Assembly: GCA_003614675.1 (NCBI GenBank)
Contig: ML002208.1
Span: 62,001-110,356 of the forward strand
Source of the DNA: Dimargaris cristalligena
Lineage: Eukaryota
DNA length: 48,356 bases
Reading direction: 5' to 3'
Made by a program: the position numbers and the translations under genes. Shown piece after piece: positions 37,234 to 48,356 of this stretch. Position 1 is the first letter of the stretch, and each line of letters opens with the position of its first letter. The notes under the pieces are model-generated. The model was given only the letters and a program-made list of their open reading frames with translations. It was not told the origin of the DNA and did not search any database.

Positions 37234-40200
37234 TCAGTGAGTGTCTAGATTTAATCTTTGCATACAGTTAGAGGAGATTGATAGCAGGCCTGAAAAGGGA
37301 AGTGCATATAAACCCTGGCTTAGCGATAATAGCTCAAACTGGTGTTTAGCGAATTATTTAATACAAAGTGATGAAACCCACGGGATTTTTCCACCAATGA
37401 GGCCATCGCCATTGATCGAATTACACCTGCTATACCACATTTTCCACGTTGACGGGTGTGTTTGGCATAAATTAAAAACACTGATCGGAGTTCACGCCCG
37501 TTATGATTCCTCAACTTAATGGTTCTTACCCTCGCCCTCATCATCTAAATCATCTTCGCTATCCACTTGACTTGCACTGGGGAAGGGCCCGCCGGGGGGT
37601 TGGTTGCCCGCCTTGGTTCGTTTTGATTTGGAATTCGCCTGCCGTTGGTGTAGCATTTCGAATCGAGAGCGCCCGACTTTCTTCTAGGGAACGAAAGTAA
37701 ATAGGCCATTTGAGCAATTGCCGTAGTGATTAAATATAAGGTCAATGAATGCGGCGGAGGGGGGTGGGGTTAGTTAGTGGAAGCGTTGTCGGGTCCAGGC
37801 GACTTTGATAAAATAGCCAGGAACAAACTCAGATACGAAATACAATCTAAAGTGAATTACAGGGTTCAAACTTACCTTAGCAAGTTGGGGGGTAGTCGTG
37901 GAGGGTGGTTGGTTGGAAACCCTTCGTTTTTTCTCGGTCGGCTTCGGTGTTTTACGGGCCAATGACCGCTTGGTAATTTTGGCAGTCGCTGGCGGTGTCG
38001 AGGTCGACTCATCGTCGTCATCATCACCATCACCATCACCATCGCCGTTGTTATCGTCGTCATCAACAGCCTCAACCTCTTCCATATCACTGTCATTATC
38101 CGCTAGGGTCTGGATTAATTGCTCGACGCTATCATCTGAAACGGCTGGGGCCCGGCCCCGACCACCGGGGGAACGACGGCTACGGGGCCCACTTCGGCCG
38201 GCCCCCGGTTCCGTCTCATCCGAACTCGAGACCGGGTCCATCCCACCCGCATCTTCGACGGGCATCTGGGACGACACTTCCTCGCCCGCCAAGTTGCGGT
38301 GTTTGAGACTTCCCAGGGAAAAGGCCCCCAAACAGTTGTTCCGTTCGAACATGGACTTGACCCGGTACAGTAACACTTCGAGCGTTTTGCGGGTCAGGGG
38401 CACCAGAGCCGTCAATTGGGAATCCCGGGTCGTTTTCGAGTGACCGCAGATGGTCTGGAGGGTCCGCGTGGCCCGCTGCAGTGGTTTAAAGATGGTCGGA
38501 ATCTGGGTGACGTGGCTGCGGAAGTGCCGTTCCATGAATGTGAGGTAGGTGTCCGTAAACGCCGTGACGAACAGTCGGCCCTGGCGGAGAGAGATACCCA
38601 TCAGTTCCTTGCCCTCATGAAGCTGGACCAGACTGATCAGATTCCGCCAAATGCTCACTACCGCATGGATATCGGCCAAAGTTTGGTCAACGACTTGGCT
38701 CGTGGCCTCCGGGGGTGGCTCAAATCCCGCCACAAGGTCGGTGAGGGCCGTCGCCACCGCTCGGTAAAAGACAGGCAGGGTCTTGGCGGTTAATAAGGGG
38801 AAGGCGGCGATTTTGGTTCCGCCCTGTTCAAAGAAGGCCCTGAATCCTTCGTTAACGTACTGAGTTATCGCTAGGAGAGGCGTAGGGGCAAACATAATTT
38901 TCCACTGTAGGATTTGGGCCAATTCGAGCGGTTTCAGCGGAGCTGAGGCGCGCCGGTTAGCTTGTTCCTGCTCGGTCGCAGGATGGGTGAGTTGACCGGC
39001 TAGTTCGGCTACCGCGTGGCCCAACTGAATCAATTGGGTATGGTTCGTCACCAAGTCTACCATTTGGTACGGTTTACGGCACTCCTTCGCCTGGAGCTGG
39101 TTGGCAAAGTCCTGGGGGTACAGGTGGTACCAGAGCAGCTCGTAAATCTGCACGGCTAATTTGAGTACTTGCACCGTCAACTGGGTGGAGCCGGGTAACC
39201 GGCGGGGGACCGCCAAAATTGTCTCAAAGGCCGTCTGGGCGTAGGCAAGTAGGGTGGGCTCGTCATTATCCACTGTGGCCATGGTCACGCCCAGTTTGGA
39301 GCCCAGATGGGCCAGGGTCATAATCAACAAGCGCCGGTGTCGGGTCTGGCGCAGACCACTCCATTGCAACAACAAGCCTACCGTAGTCAATAATTTAGTA
39401 AGGCAGTCCCAGTGGGTAGTTAAAGATGCCGGCTCAGGGCCAGGCCCCGGTTCGGCGCCCGGGATTTGCGAGTGGGCATCTGGTTCTCCACTGGTATCTT
39501 CGTCGGTGCTCGACTGCAGATAGACCGTATTTTCAAGCACAGTCTTCAGATTGGTCACCAGAACAGGTAGTAAACCCATCAGTCGCGTGTAAACCAGGAC
39601 ACTGTAGTCTTCGATAGTACCTTGGCCGGCTGAACCCCCCGCAGTTGAGAGTTGAGCTGGCCCACCCATTGCGGGTGGGGTTGGGCTCCGGTAGTCGCGA
39701 GTCACGCACCAACTACTCAATACCGGTATGAACAGGGATTTGGCTACGGTGGTCTCTAGCTTTCGAATGAGGTCATCCAGTAGGTACTCGAAGCAAGCAA
39801 TAGTGAATGTACGTTTCAAACTCGTCTTGCCCTTTGGAACAACCGGTAAAGGTTGGACCGACGCAAATGACAGGATACCGTAGGCGTCAATGGTGAGTTC
39901 CCGCATGTACATATCCACCAGTACCGACCAGTCCAGAGGGACCGACGAGCGAGGCCCACTAATGATGTCGTTCTGCCAAGCGGTAGGGGGCAAGACCAAA
40001 CTGGGGTCGTAACGGTCCACGGCAGCCACATGAACGGTGTTAAATACCCGGCGGATTTCAATCACATGGTGGAGTCGGGCCACCACGCGGTCCCGCATTT
40101 CGTCGTTGGCTTGGTCGGAGAAGGCATTCAGTAATTCCCGATACCAGTTGAGGGCCACCAGGAGACCCACCATAGCACGTTGTTTCATCGGTTCGGACCA

Positions 40201-42681
40201 CCCGGACTTGAGCGTAGTTAGATGTTGGCGATGGAACATCAAAATGCCACATCCCAGGGGCGCGTCTATGTCCATCAGCGAACCTTGGTTCACTGCCTTT
40301 TCACAGGACTGGAATAATTTAAATAGGGCCCCTAGGCATGCTAGTGGGTTGCCGTCCATATCTTTACCCGCGACTTGCAAATCGTTGATAATATCCGAGT
40401 GCTTATCAGCCTCAGCACCGGAAGTTTCTTGCAGAAACTGGTGCAGACGGAGGACCACCGGAGAATCTAGTTCGTCGATGGCGTCCCAAATGTCTTGTCC
40501 GAGGGTATCGGTGCCGAGTGCCGGCGACTTATCTTTTCGGGGGTTTACTTCGGGAGCTCCGGGTTGGGAGGCCGAAGGATCCTCGCCTGGGTAACAGGTA
40601 ATGGCATCGGCCTCACAGAAAAACAGGTCGGCGAAGGAATTGGCCACATTCTCGTAGAGCCACGTTTCCAACCGGTGGTCTAACCGACTGCCGATAACCG
40701 CCGTCGATAATTCATCGTAAGCGATCGCCAAGCAGGTCTAGGAGCGGCCGCCATGAGTAGTCGCGGGAAGGATTCAAAAAGAGTTAGCGTGCAGCGAAGT
40801 TAATAACGGGTAAAATAACGAGGGGTGGGCCTGAAACGAGTAAAATATACTCAGGAAATATTGACCCATACCATACGGGGCCCGTAATAAACCTTTTTAC
40901 CGGAAAAATAAAATAAAATTATTAGGTCGACTTACCCATGACCGCAATCGGCCGGTGTCAATGATCAAATTGAGGAGATGGAGCGAGTTGCGCAAAAGGG
41001 CCGTGCCGGCCGTGCGTTCCGTCGACTGGGTTGACGATGTACCACTACTACTGCCTGCTACTGCAGTCTCTGCTGCGGGGTTCATAGGGGCCGCTAGTCG
41101 CTGAATAACCGCTACTCCACCGATAATACCCACCACCTTATAGCGGCGACTCGGACTGGACAGCTGTTTCCGGATAAAAATGTGGATTTCATCGTAGAAG
41201 CCCGTTTCGTGGGGGGCGTCCCGGATCAAGAGGCCTAGGATACTAAAGAGGAGGCGCACCTGATCGAAGTTCAGATTGTCAATGTAATCCAGGATCCCCC
41301 GAATAAAAATAGCATAGGGTCGCATGGCCGCGGGGGAGCGTAGGGTGATGGCCTGGAGGGCGGCGAGGGACGTATCGATTTCGCAGCTGTCGCCGCTGCC
41401 AATATGGGTGACTAGGGCACCCACTACTTCCTGGCGGAAATACGCGTCAAATATGGTGAAGCAGGCCTGGTACATGTCCAGAGCTACCGTGGCGATAGTG
41501 GGGGACTGGGTGCCCAGCCGCATGAGGTTTTCCGTGAGGGACAGCAGGGTAGGGAACTGCTGCTGAAGGGCCCGCCCGTAACGCTCCAGGGCCTCCCGGA
41601 TCGGGGCAGCCGTGAGTTGCTGGGACATGAGTTTGCGACGCAATAATAGCTGGACCCGTTTGCGGGTAGAGGCTATACCGTATAGCAGACAAAGCACCAT
41701 AATATCTAGAGCGTAGTGGCTCTCCGGCGTGGCCAGGGCGGCAATCAGTTTCAGCCAACCGTCCCGGATAAATTTGTGGAACTGGAGGCCAAAGTTAATG
41801 GCGTCCAAGATCAGCGCCTCGGGCTGTGCCGTACCGCGGGGGACCGCTAGAACCACGGCTTCGTCCTCAGGGGGCCGCAGGGAGGCCAAGTCGAGGTTTT
41901 TACGGATCCGGGAAATCAGGGGGATGGCGTCCTCGCTGGTGGCCGTCTGAAACAGGAATTTAATCATTACGGGTAGGTCCTCGGTATCGGCCGACCGGAG
42001 GCGCTCGAGCACCCGCTGCCGCATAGTATCGATTAAGTCCACGGGGCATTGGAGATTCGACAGGGCATCTAAGACAGGGACGGTCAGGTTTGACTGTTCT
42101 TCGAAGAGACCCACGAGCTCCTTAGCTACCGCTGAATGCTCGGAGTCAATGACGATATCCGGGAGTGAGGCAATGACATCGCGCTGGGCGTTTCCCCCCA
42201 GAATCGAGACGATTTCCATGAGCTGGTTCGTCAGGCGCTCGGGGTCCAGGATGTAATCCAACCAGCGCAGCTGGCGCACAATCAGCGTGGGGGTACTTAT
42301 TTCCTCCGTAGTGTGGTCCTCGTCGCTTAACTCGGGGAGTTTCTGCAGGAGGTATTCAATCAGATCGGATTGGAGCCCATCGATGCCCAGCAGGAGGCGG
42401 ATAAGGGACTCGTTATTCGGGGTGGACGACTGGTCCCGGTGGTCGTGGTCCCGGGTGGAAAACATGGGTACCAGGGACATTTTGAAGCGGGCGATATTGT
42501 CCCAGTACTCCTGGAGTCGGCCCCAGAAATCGGCCGTCGCGGTGTCCCCCTGCTCGGCCAGGTGGTCACTAAGGGCCTGGCGGAATAAGGGCGCCGGGAC
42601 CAGCAGTTGCAAATGGCCGCCGGGCTTGGTGGGCCATTGTACCCCGAAGCGCTTCAGATCAGCCAGTAGCGCCTTCGACAT
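37234..42681 (-). CDS. FANCD2: Fanconi anemia group D2 protein homolog, about 1590 aa; exons 42681-40936, 40737-37876, 37683-37530, probable last exon 37244-37234
   Basis: ESLIRLLLGID..LLQKLPE, IVRQLRWLD, QEVVGALVTHIGSG, DYIDNL, DEIHIFIRKQLSS..YKVVGIIGGV, NWYRELLNAF, LQRATRTLQTICGHSK and AFSLGSLKHRNLAGEEVSSQ are FANCD2 signature blocks. The last exon is less certain; without the third intron the ORF stops at 37516. Confidence 0.93.
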
Positions 42682-43474
42682 GGTATGGGTTTGTAAGAGG
42701 GTCTCGGTTGGAGAGCTGGGTCGGTGTTGACCAACCAAATAGAAGGGTTAGAGCTTGCTACCAATCGGCGCGTGGGAGGAGAGGGGGAGTCAATACGAGT
42801 ATAATGAGAGGGACACGCTTCTGAACTTAGACGAGAGAGTGGTAAAAGGTATAAATGTACACAATTTTAGGCAATGGTCGATAAGAATAACAGCATGCCG
42901 ACAAGAAATAACGGAAGAACCTGGCTTTAGGGACTGTGGCTTAGCGAAGGCTTGAGATAGTCTATAACCTGCGTAAACCAGAGCGACTTGTTTTTTATGG
43001 GATTGAGTGAATGACAGGACTGTGTTACCGCAGCAACCGGAGAGCCACTTTTTGTATGGGTCAATGATTGAAGCATTGTTATATATATAGCCAGCCATGG
43101 GCAACTCGAAAAGATCGTAGAAACTCTCACTACCGGTCTACTAAATTAGGACCCATACTAAAGCTCTACCAGGCTGGTTGGGTGATATTCCAAAATTTAA
43201 TAAGGTCCATAAGTGGTTAGATTAGGCTACTGGAAAACATGGTGACGGGAATGGAGGAAATGAACTACACGTAATAGTAAGTCGATACATCGAAAAGTGG
43301 GTAAAGGGGGGAGGAACTATGTAATACAATGGATAGGGAAGGAATCGGTATAACGGGCAATACCAACTAGAGGTACGGCCTGGAGTGATAAACAGGTGGA
43401 TATAAAAGCAAAGGGGGCTGGCGTGTCCTGGGAAAAGAGAAAATGCGGGCTAAACAACATTAAGCTAAGGAAAT

Positions 43475-44548
43475 TTAAGAATTCTTCATAAACTGGATAT
43501 AGTTCTCTGGAATCAGGCCCACTTGGCCGTTAAGGTAGCCCACGAACCAGCCGGCACACTGCTTATACTGAATATAGAGCAAATCATCTTCTTTAAAAGA
43601 TAACTCACTCGGATTCTCGGCCGTAAAGTCGTAGAGGGCCCGGACCAGGCCAGTAAGACCGAGTTCGCCGCTTGCATTGAGCTCAGCCCATTCTAGTGGC
43701 TCGCCATCTTCATCGCCGGAACCATGACCTGCGGGCTGGGGAAATACGCCCGAAAAGCGATCGTCGGTAGCAGCATACGCGTAGTCTCTTATGACGAGAC
43801 CTGTGTCATGAATGGGTCAAGTTAAGAGAATAAGGGAGGTCATTAATACCATACAGTAAGAATTTCAGTAGATTCCGAAAGACAAAAGGGTTCACCTTGC
43901 GCGCCGGTGGTAATAACAATATAATGGATTAGTAAGGGGCCAGCATTACCTTTAGTGTTAGGCTCATTGGTATCGGACCCTTCGGAATCGCTCCAACCCT
44001 AAGGGAATGCGGGGGAATAATACAGGTAAACGAGGGTTAATTTAAGGTCAGTGATACAATGAAAGACAGTGGCGGTGGATCACTAAAACCGCTGGGGGTT
44101 ACGATGTAGTCCGTTAGGTACACCATCGAGTGTCGTATCCAAGGATGAACATAGGCGGGTATTTACCGTTTCCCCGTCGTCAATGTGTGCTTCTCCACCG
44201 TTCCAGGCTGTGGAGGTCTTGTCCGGCGAGTTCGTCGATGGGGTGTTAGAAGAACCTGTTCGTGTGAGTGAATGGGGAGGAATGGGGTAGATGAGTGGGG
44301 ATTCCTAAAGCACGGAGCGGACTTCGGGAGGGTTTGGAAATGGCCTGGGAAGAGGCTGAATCAGGTGGAGAGGAACCCTGACCATCGGCATAGAGACGGC
44401 TAGTGCGATTCCCTGAGGGAAAAATTGACCTCGTCTGAGACCCAAGAGTGAATACGTAAGTTTGACTAAAGGAGAGGTTCTTACCTTGGGTGCGGGCTGA
44501 CGTGGCCGTCGCTACGGAGACGGTGTGGGGACTTTCAGTCTGGTCCAT
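43475..44548 (-). CDS. NBP2: Nbp2/Skb5-like SH3 adaptor protein, about 175 aa; exons 44548-44485, 44255-44167, 43998-43950, 43800-43475
   Basis: Last exon, absent from the ORF track: LVIRDYAYAATDDRF...VRALYDFTAENPSELSFKEDDLLYIQYKQCAGWFVGYLNGQVGLIPENYIQF. This is an SH3 domain preceded by the I-R/K-D-F/Y-A-Y motif typical of Nbp2. Upstream exons are inferred from splice sites and phase. Confidence 0.85.
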
Positions 44549-44832
44549 GGCGGAAGACGAATGCCGGCTAGGGGGTGTTCTGGAAACAGTGCTAGTAGGC
44601 CTTGATGAGGGCTCAGATGGGAAGGGTTGGCTGAGCAGCTGGGGAGAGGAGGAAGACTCGGCAATGAACAGGGAGGCGGACCGGGCCGAGGGGCATGCAA
44701 GCGGGTGAAGATACGGGGGTATTCTATAGGGTGGTATAGTATAAGCAAGGAAGCAACGGAACGCAATAGATAGTTTAAGACGTGAAGATGGAAAAACGGC
44801 AGTCGCGACTAGACACACTACAAGCAACTCAA

Positions 44833-44856
<24 letters not shown>
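44833..44856. repeat. (AG)12 microsatellite between NBP2 and ATG101
   Basis: Directly visible; reads (CT)12 on the NBP2 sense strand. Confidence 0.9.
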
Positions 44857-44863
<7 letters not shown>

Positions 44864-45055
44864 GGTGGCTAAAGGAGGGAGGCTAGGCTGCACCACCAAG
44901 CTCCTTTAATCTCTCTCTCTTTCTTGACTCTGCTGCTTCTATTCGCTCCGGCTTTTATACGAGTGAAACGCATATATTTATATATATATACTGTTTCTAC
45001 AATTCCCTTTATTCTGCCACTTTGCCTTGCCTCCGCTGTGTTGGGCATTCCCGCC

Positions 45056-45229
45056 ATGGCCCAGTCTTCGCCCTCAATCCCGACCTTTATTCTTGAGCTG
45101 GTAAGTAACAGAGGAGAGGGTGACTCTTCTTTTGTTATTGCTCTGTTAAATTTGTCTGGCTGTTGCAGGGCCCTGAAGGCATGCCCTTCAACCAGCCACG
45201 CTTCCCTATTACACCAACAGCCAGTATAT

Positions 45230-45261
<32 letters not shown>

Positions 45262-46569
45262 ACTGCTACTGCATAGCCCTGCTCCATTCTAACCGAACTC
45301 TCGGCCAAAGTCCCTCGAACCCCGCATTATCCAAGACACGGTCAAAGGTAAGGCTTGGGTAATTTTGAGCCTCACATAGGCACGCTTACCATTTATAGCC
45401 CCGTCGGGTTACACGACCTATATAAAGATGGTCCCAATACCCTTTTACCTTACTAAAACAGTAGCGGTTCTATTTTGACCCGTGACTTTGGACCCATGCT
45501 GGCATCGGCCTGTTCCCGTGACAGCTATACTCCACGCCATCGTTTTCCACCGCATTTTCGATAATGTTCGGCCACGCGAGTTCACCACCTTAGACATCCC
45601 CTGTGTAAGTGAATGGGTCGATTTGTGATTTGCGCTAACTAGCCAGGCCCACAGAGGTGCAGATTTTGGTTTTCGCTGCATTATGTCCGCCCTGACAATG
45701 AAGGATACGCGCGGGTCGGGAGGTTTAGCCATAGCCATAGTCCTCCCGACCATTTTATATTTCCATGCGTACCCCACAGCATTGATTAATACTATACTAT
45801 ACTCACCGCTACCAATCCGGGTGCATCTGTTTAGGTGGCGGTGGATAATCCCGAGGTACATGAACACATCCAGGAGAAGGCCGAAGCCTTCAGCTCCATG
45901 TTCCAGGGTGATCCATCTCGCAGTAAGGGCGAGGTAAGTGTATTCCTGGAGTGGCCTTGTATAGACTGGGTAATTCACGACCCCCCCCTCTATTTTAAAA
46001 TAAGTATTTCAACGTCCTAACCGATCTACTGCCGGTCTCTAACCCCCTGCCTCGTGTATTTGCCCCGTAGATTACTATTTTATTCCAGGAAAAACGCCCC
46101 AAGAAGGCCTGGTTCGGCAAGCAAGAGGAGCCCAGTTGGGAAAAGTGGGTTATTGCCATCACCACCCGAACGGCAAACAGTGAGCGCGAGTTTTACCAAA
46201 TGAAACCCAGTCTAGAGGCCCAGTTGCTCGAGGCCATGTACACGGTGGTGCGGATCGCCAACGAATACAAAGAGCATATCCCCCCTATAACCGCCAATAC
46301 CCCGGCTCCGTTTCCCTTCCAGGTAATTAATTACCACGATACATTCCTGTTAATGGGGATTGAATGGGATGATGGATGACCTTCTATAGAGATGTGCCTG
46401 GCACTACTCCATTGGTTTTAATAACCGCCCATTTTCTAATTTTCTGTGTCCCTGTATGTATATCTACCCTCCCATCTTGTGGCTATATGAACCCCCCCCC
46501 CCACACACTGACTAGGTTGTGCTTCCCACCGTGGGCGACTCCTGGAGCTCCATGTTCAAACGGATATAG
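45056..46569 (+). CDS. ATG101: Autophagy protein Atg101 (HORMA domain), about 188 aa; exons 45056-45100, 45311-45347, 45525-45604, 45835-45933, 46071-46322, 46516-46569
   Basis: Spliced product contains VKAILHAIVFHRIFDNVRP, ITILFQEKRPKKAWFGKQEEPSWEKWVI (WF finger) and KEHIPPITANTPAPFPFQV. Five GT-AG introns, all phases consistent. Confidence 0.92.
45230..45259. repeat. (TAC)10 microsatellite in ATG101 intron 1
   Basis: Directly visible. Confidence 0.9.
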
Positions 46570-47888
46570 GAATCGGCGAATTGGTTTAGCAGATGCTACA
46601 CCCGATCAATATATATATATATATATGGAGAAGCGGGGGAGGGATAAGCCCCGCCATTGCTTACCCCGTGTGTACATTTTAATGGCCTGTTCTACATGCT
46701 GCCGTTTCCCAAGCCTTCTCGCAATTTAGGTACTCCTAGCTTGAAATACCAGTTTTATAGGCGTGGCCTATTTGTGAACCATTTGATTTGTAAGGGCTGT
46801 AAATCTATTATAAATTTTTGGTTGCCCAAATGAAACGACAATCTTTTAAATTCCCATCTTAACCACACCAACCTGGACACGAGTGCACAATTGGCCCAAT
46901 AGATATCGGGTGGATGTTATTAATCGGGGAGCAATTGGTAAGTTTCCCATCCATTAAATGTCGAGGAGGGGGGTTAAATATAGCGGAAGTTTACAAATGG
47001 GCCCTCCTGTGTAAAGCCCATGATGAGTGTGGTAAAGTGGACGGAGAGACCTATCCAACCACTGCTACGAATTGGACAGTGAAGGATAATACAATCCTTC
47101 CAAAGTAAGGTGGTGGGCAATATTGTTTACCCGGTCCTTTTCGGGTATTATTTTCATAATCATCGTCCGCCGCCTGCCCTGCCCTGCTGGTATGGTACAC
47201 ACACACACGGAGATGGCTCTCCCCGGCCGAGACTACTATGGATGGCGGGCGCTATTTGACGTATAGTCCAATCAAATAGAGTCGATAACACCAATACGCA
47301 ATGCATGCCAGTGGATCAGCTGGATTCGGCTGAGAAAATAGGCCGTGATAGGTTTAAAAGAGATTGCCTGTGCCATGACGACTCCCACCCATAGTAGTAG
47401 TCCTAAACCCATTTGGTGTCCGTGATGTTTTGGTGTTTTTTTCTCCAGCAAATCCCCGTCTTCCCTTCGGTTCCAAATGCTATCAGATATTATTGGCGTG
47501 GACAGAGAAATCCCGGCCGCTGGTTTAGGATGTTTCCCGATACTGGGCACTAATGATAGGGAGGAGATAACCCACGATGAAACAGTGTAGCCGTCGGTGG
47601 TGCCACATAGTCGCCGAACTAACGGAGTTAATAGGGGGGTAGTACACACGATAGATATATCCATCCTATGCAGCTGCTATAGTAGCTAGTTAGCTTTACA
47701 TGATCAGTCAGTCTCTTACCCCCCAACTCAACCGCATGGTGTGTGGTGCACGCAGGCGCAAAACGGCCACCTTTTGAGCCATTATTAGTCCCGCCGCCGT
47801 TATCAATAATGAGTGACTGCCGCCAATCCCTGGGCCTTTGTTATAGACCACCACCACCACCACTTGGGAGCGGAGGAGCTATCGGCCC

Positions 47889-48356
47889 TATAAAAGTCCA
47901 TTGGGTATCCCCCCTTGGAGCTCCTCAGACTGCTTTGCTCATCCCACCCCCTTCTCTGCCGTTGTCCAACCCAAACACTCTCCGTACGCCGTTGTCGTTG
48001 TCGTCGTCGCTGTCGATTCGGGGGCGTCTTGCTTTGGCCCTTTTTGGTTCGTCGCCAGTGTGTGCTGTGATATATATATATATATTACTAATACCATCCA
48101 CCTACTCTGCTTACTGTGCTGTGGAAGTGGTTGAGTGTTATTTTACTACTGCTGTTGCTTCTATTTCCCCCTCAATTTACTGCTGAGTACCGTATTATAA
48201 AGACCGATTGTTTTGCTCTGTTTTGGTTGCGCACGGGTGTATTTCGACCCCCTCCTCACTGCCCTTTAACCCTCCCCTTTCCTTCCCTTCTTCTCCAACC
48301 GCCTCCCTATATTTTCACATTGACACCACATTCTCATTTTTCACACAGTACCATTC
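47889..48356 (+). promoter_or_regulatory. Probable promoter and 5' leader of a + strand gene starting beyond the window
   Basis: TATAAAAG at 47889 followed by pyrimidine-rich sequence to the window end, resembling the leaders of the other genes here. Confidence 0.35.

Noticed and set aside
29432-42681. Functional cluster of CENP-C and FANCD2 (both linked to CENP-S/X)
   Set aside because: They are separated by an unrelated gene, and proximity alone is not evidence without conserved synteny.
37898-42730. Many plus-strand ORFs of 60-185 aa over FANCD2, and similar shadow ORFs over other genes
   Set aside because: Antisense or frame-shifted shadows of GC-rich coding sequence.
44246-44899. 217-aa ORF with apparent signal peptide
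   Set aside because: The hydrophobic start derives from the (CT)n microsatellite and leader; only NBP2 exon 1 within it is likely coding.
20142-46515. Possible U12-type or non-canonical introns
   Set aside because: All inferred introns are GT-AG with U2-type donors; none has GTATCCTT or ATATCCTT. Two use AAG acceptors, which is uncommon but ordinary.
47272-47664. 130-aa minus-strand ORF with faint Myb-like WNRREDGDLL
   Set aside because: The rest of the Myb repeat is absent and there is no other support.

Overview
Eukaryotic, fungal genomic DNA with GT-AG introns of about 150-350 nt. The gene set (Zn2Cys6 TF and fungal-type Mif2 together with FANCD2 and ATG101) suggests an early-diverging fungus, possibly Zoopagomycota; this placement is inference only. 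I reconstructed ten protein genes by hand: a C2H2 TF, U2 snRNP A' (LEA1), a Zn2Cys6 TF, an Ssh4/Ear1-like SPRY protein, CDC50/LEM3, MIF2/CENP-C, a UPF0658-like membrane protein, FANCD2, NBP2/Skb5 and ATG101. Several are fragmented or largely missed in the ORF track. The first 20 kb is almost gene-free around the single C2H2 TF. Highlights: (1) a CENP-C with an intact Mif2 N-terminal motif and cupin domain but no canonical CENP-A-binding CENP-C motif in the best spliced model; (2) a 144-bp MITE-like element present twice (about 90% identical), one copy inside a CENP-C intron; (3) a full-length fungal FANCD2 retaining the monoubiquitination lysine. No tRNA, rRNA, CRISPR array or autonomous transposon was recognised.
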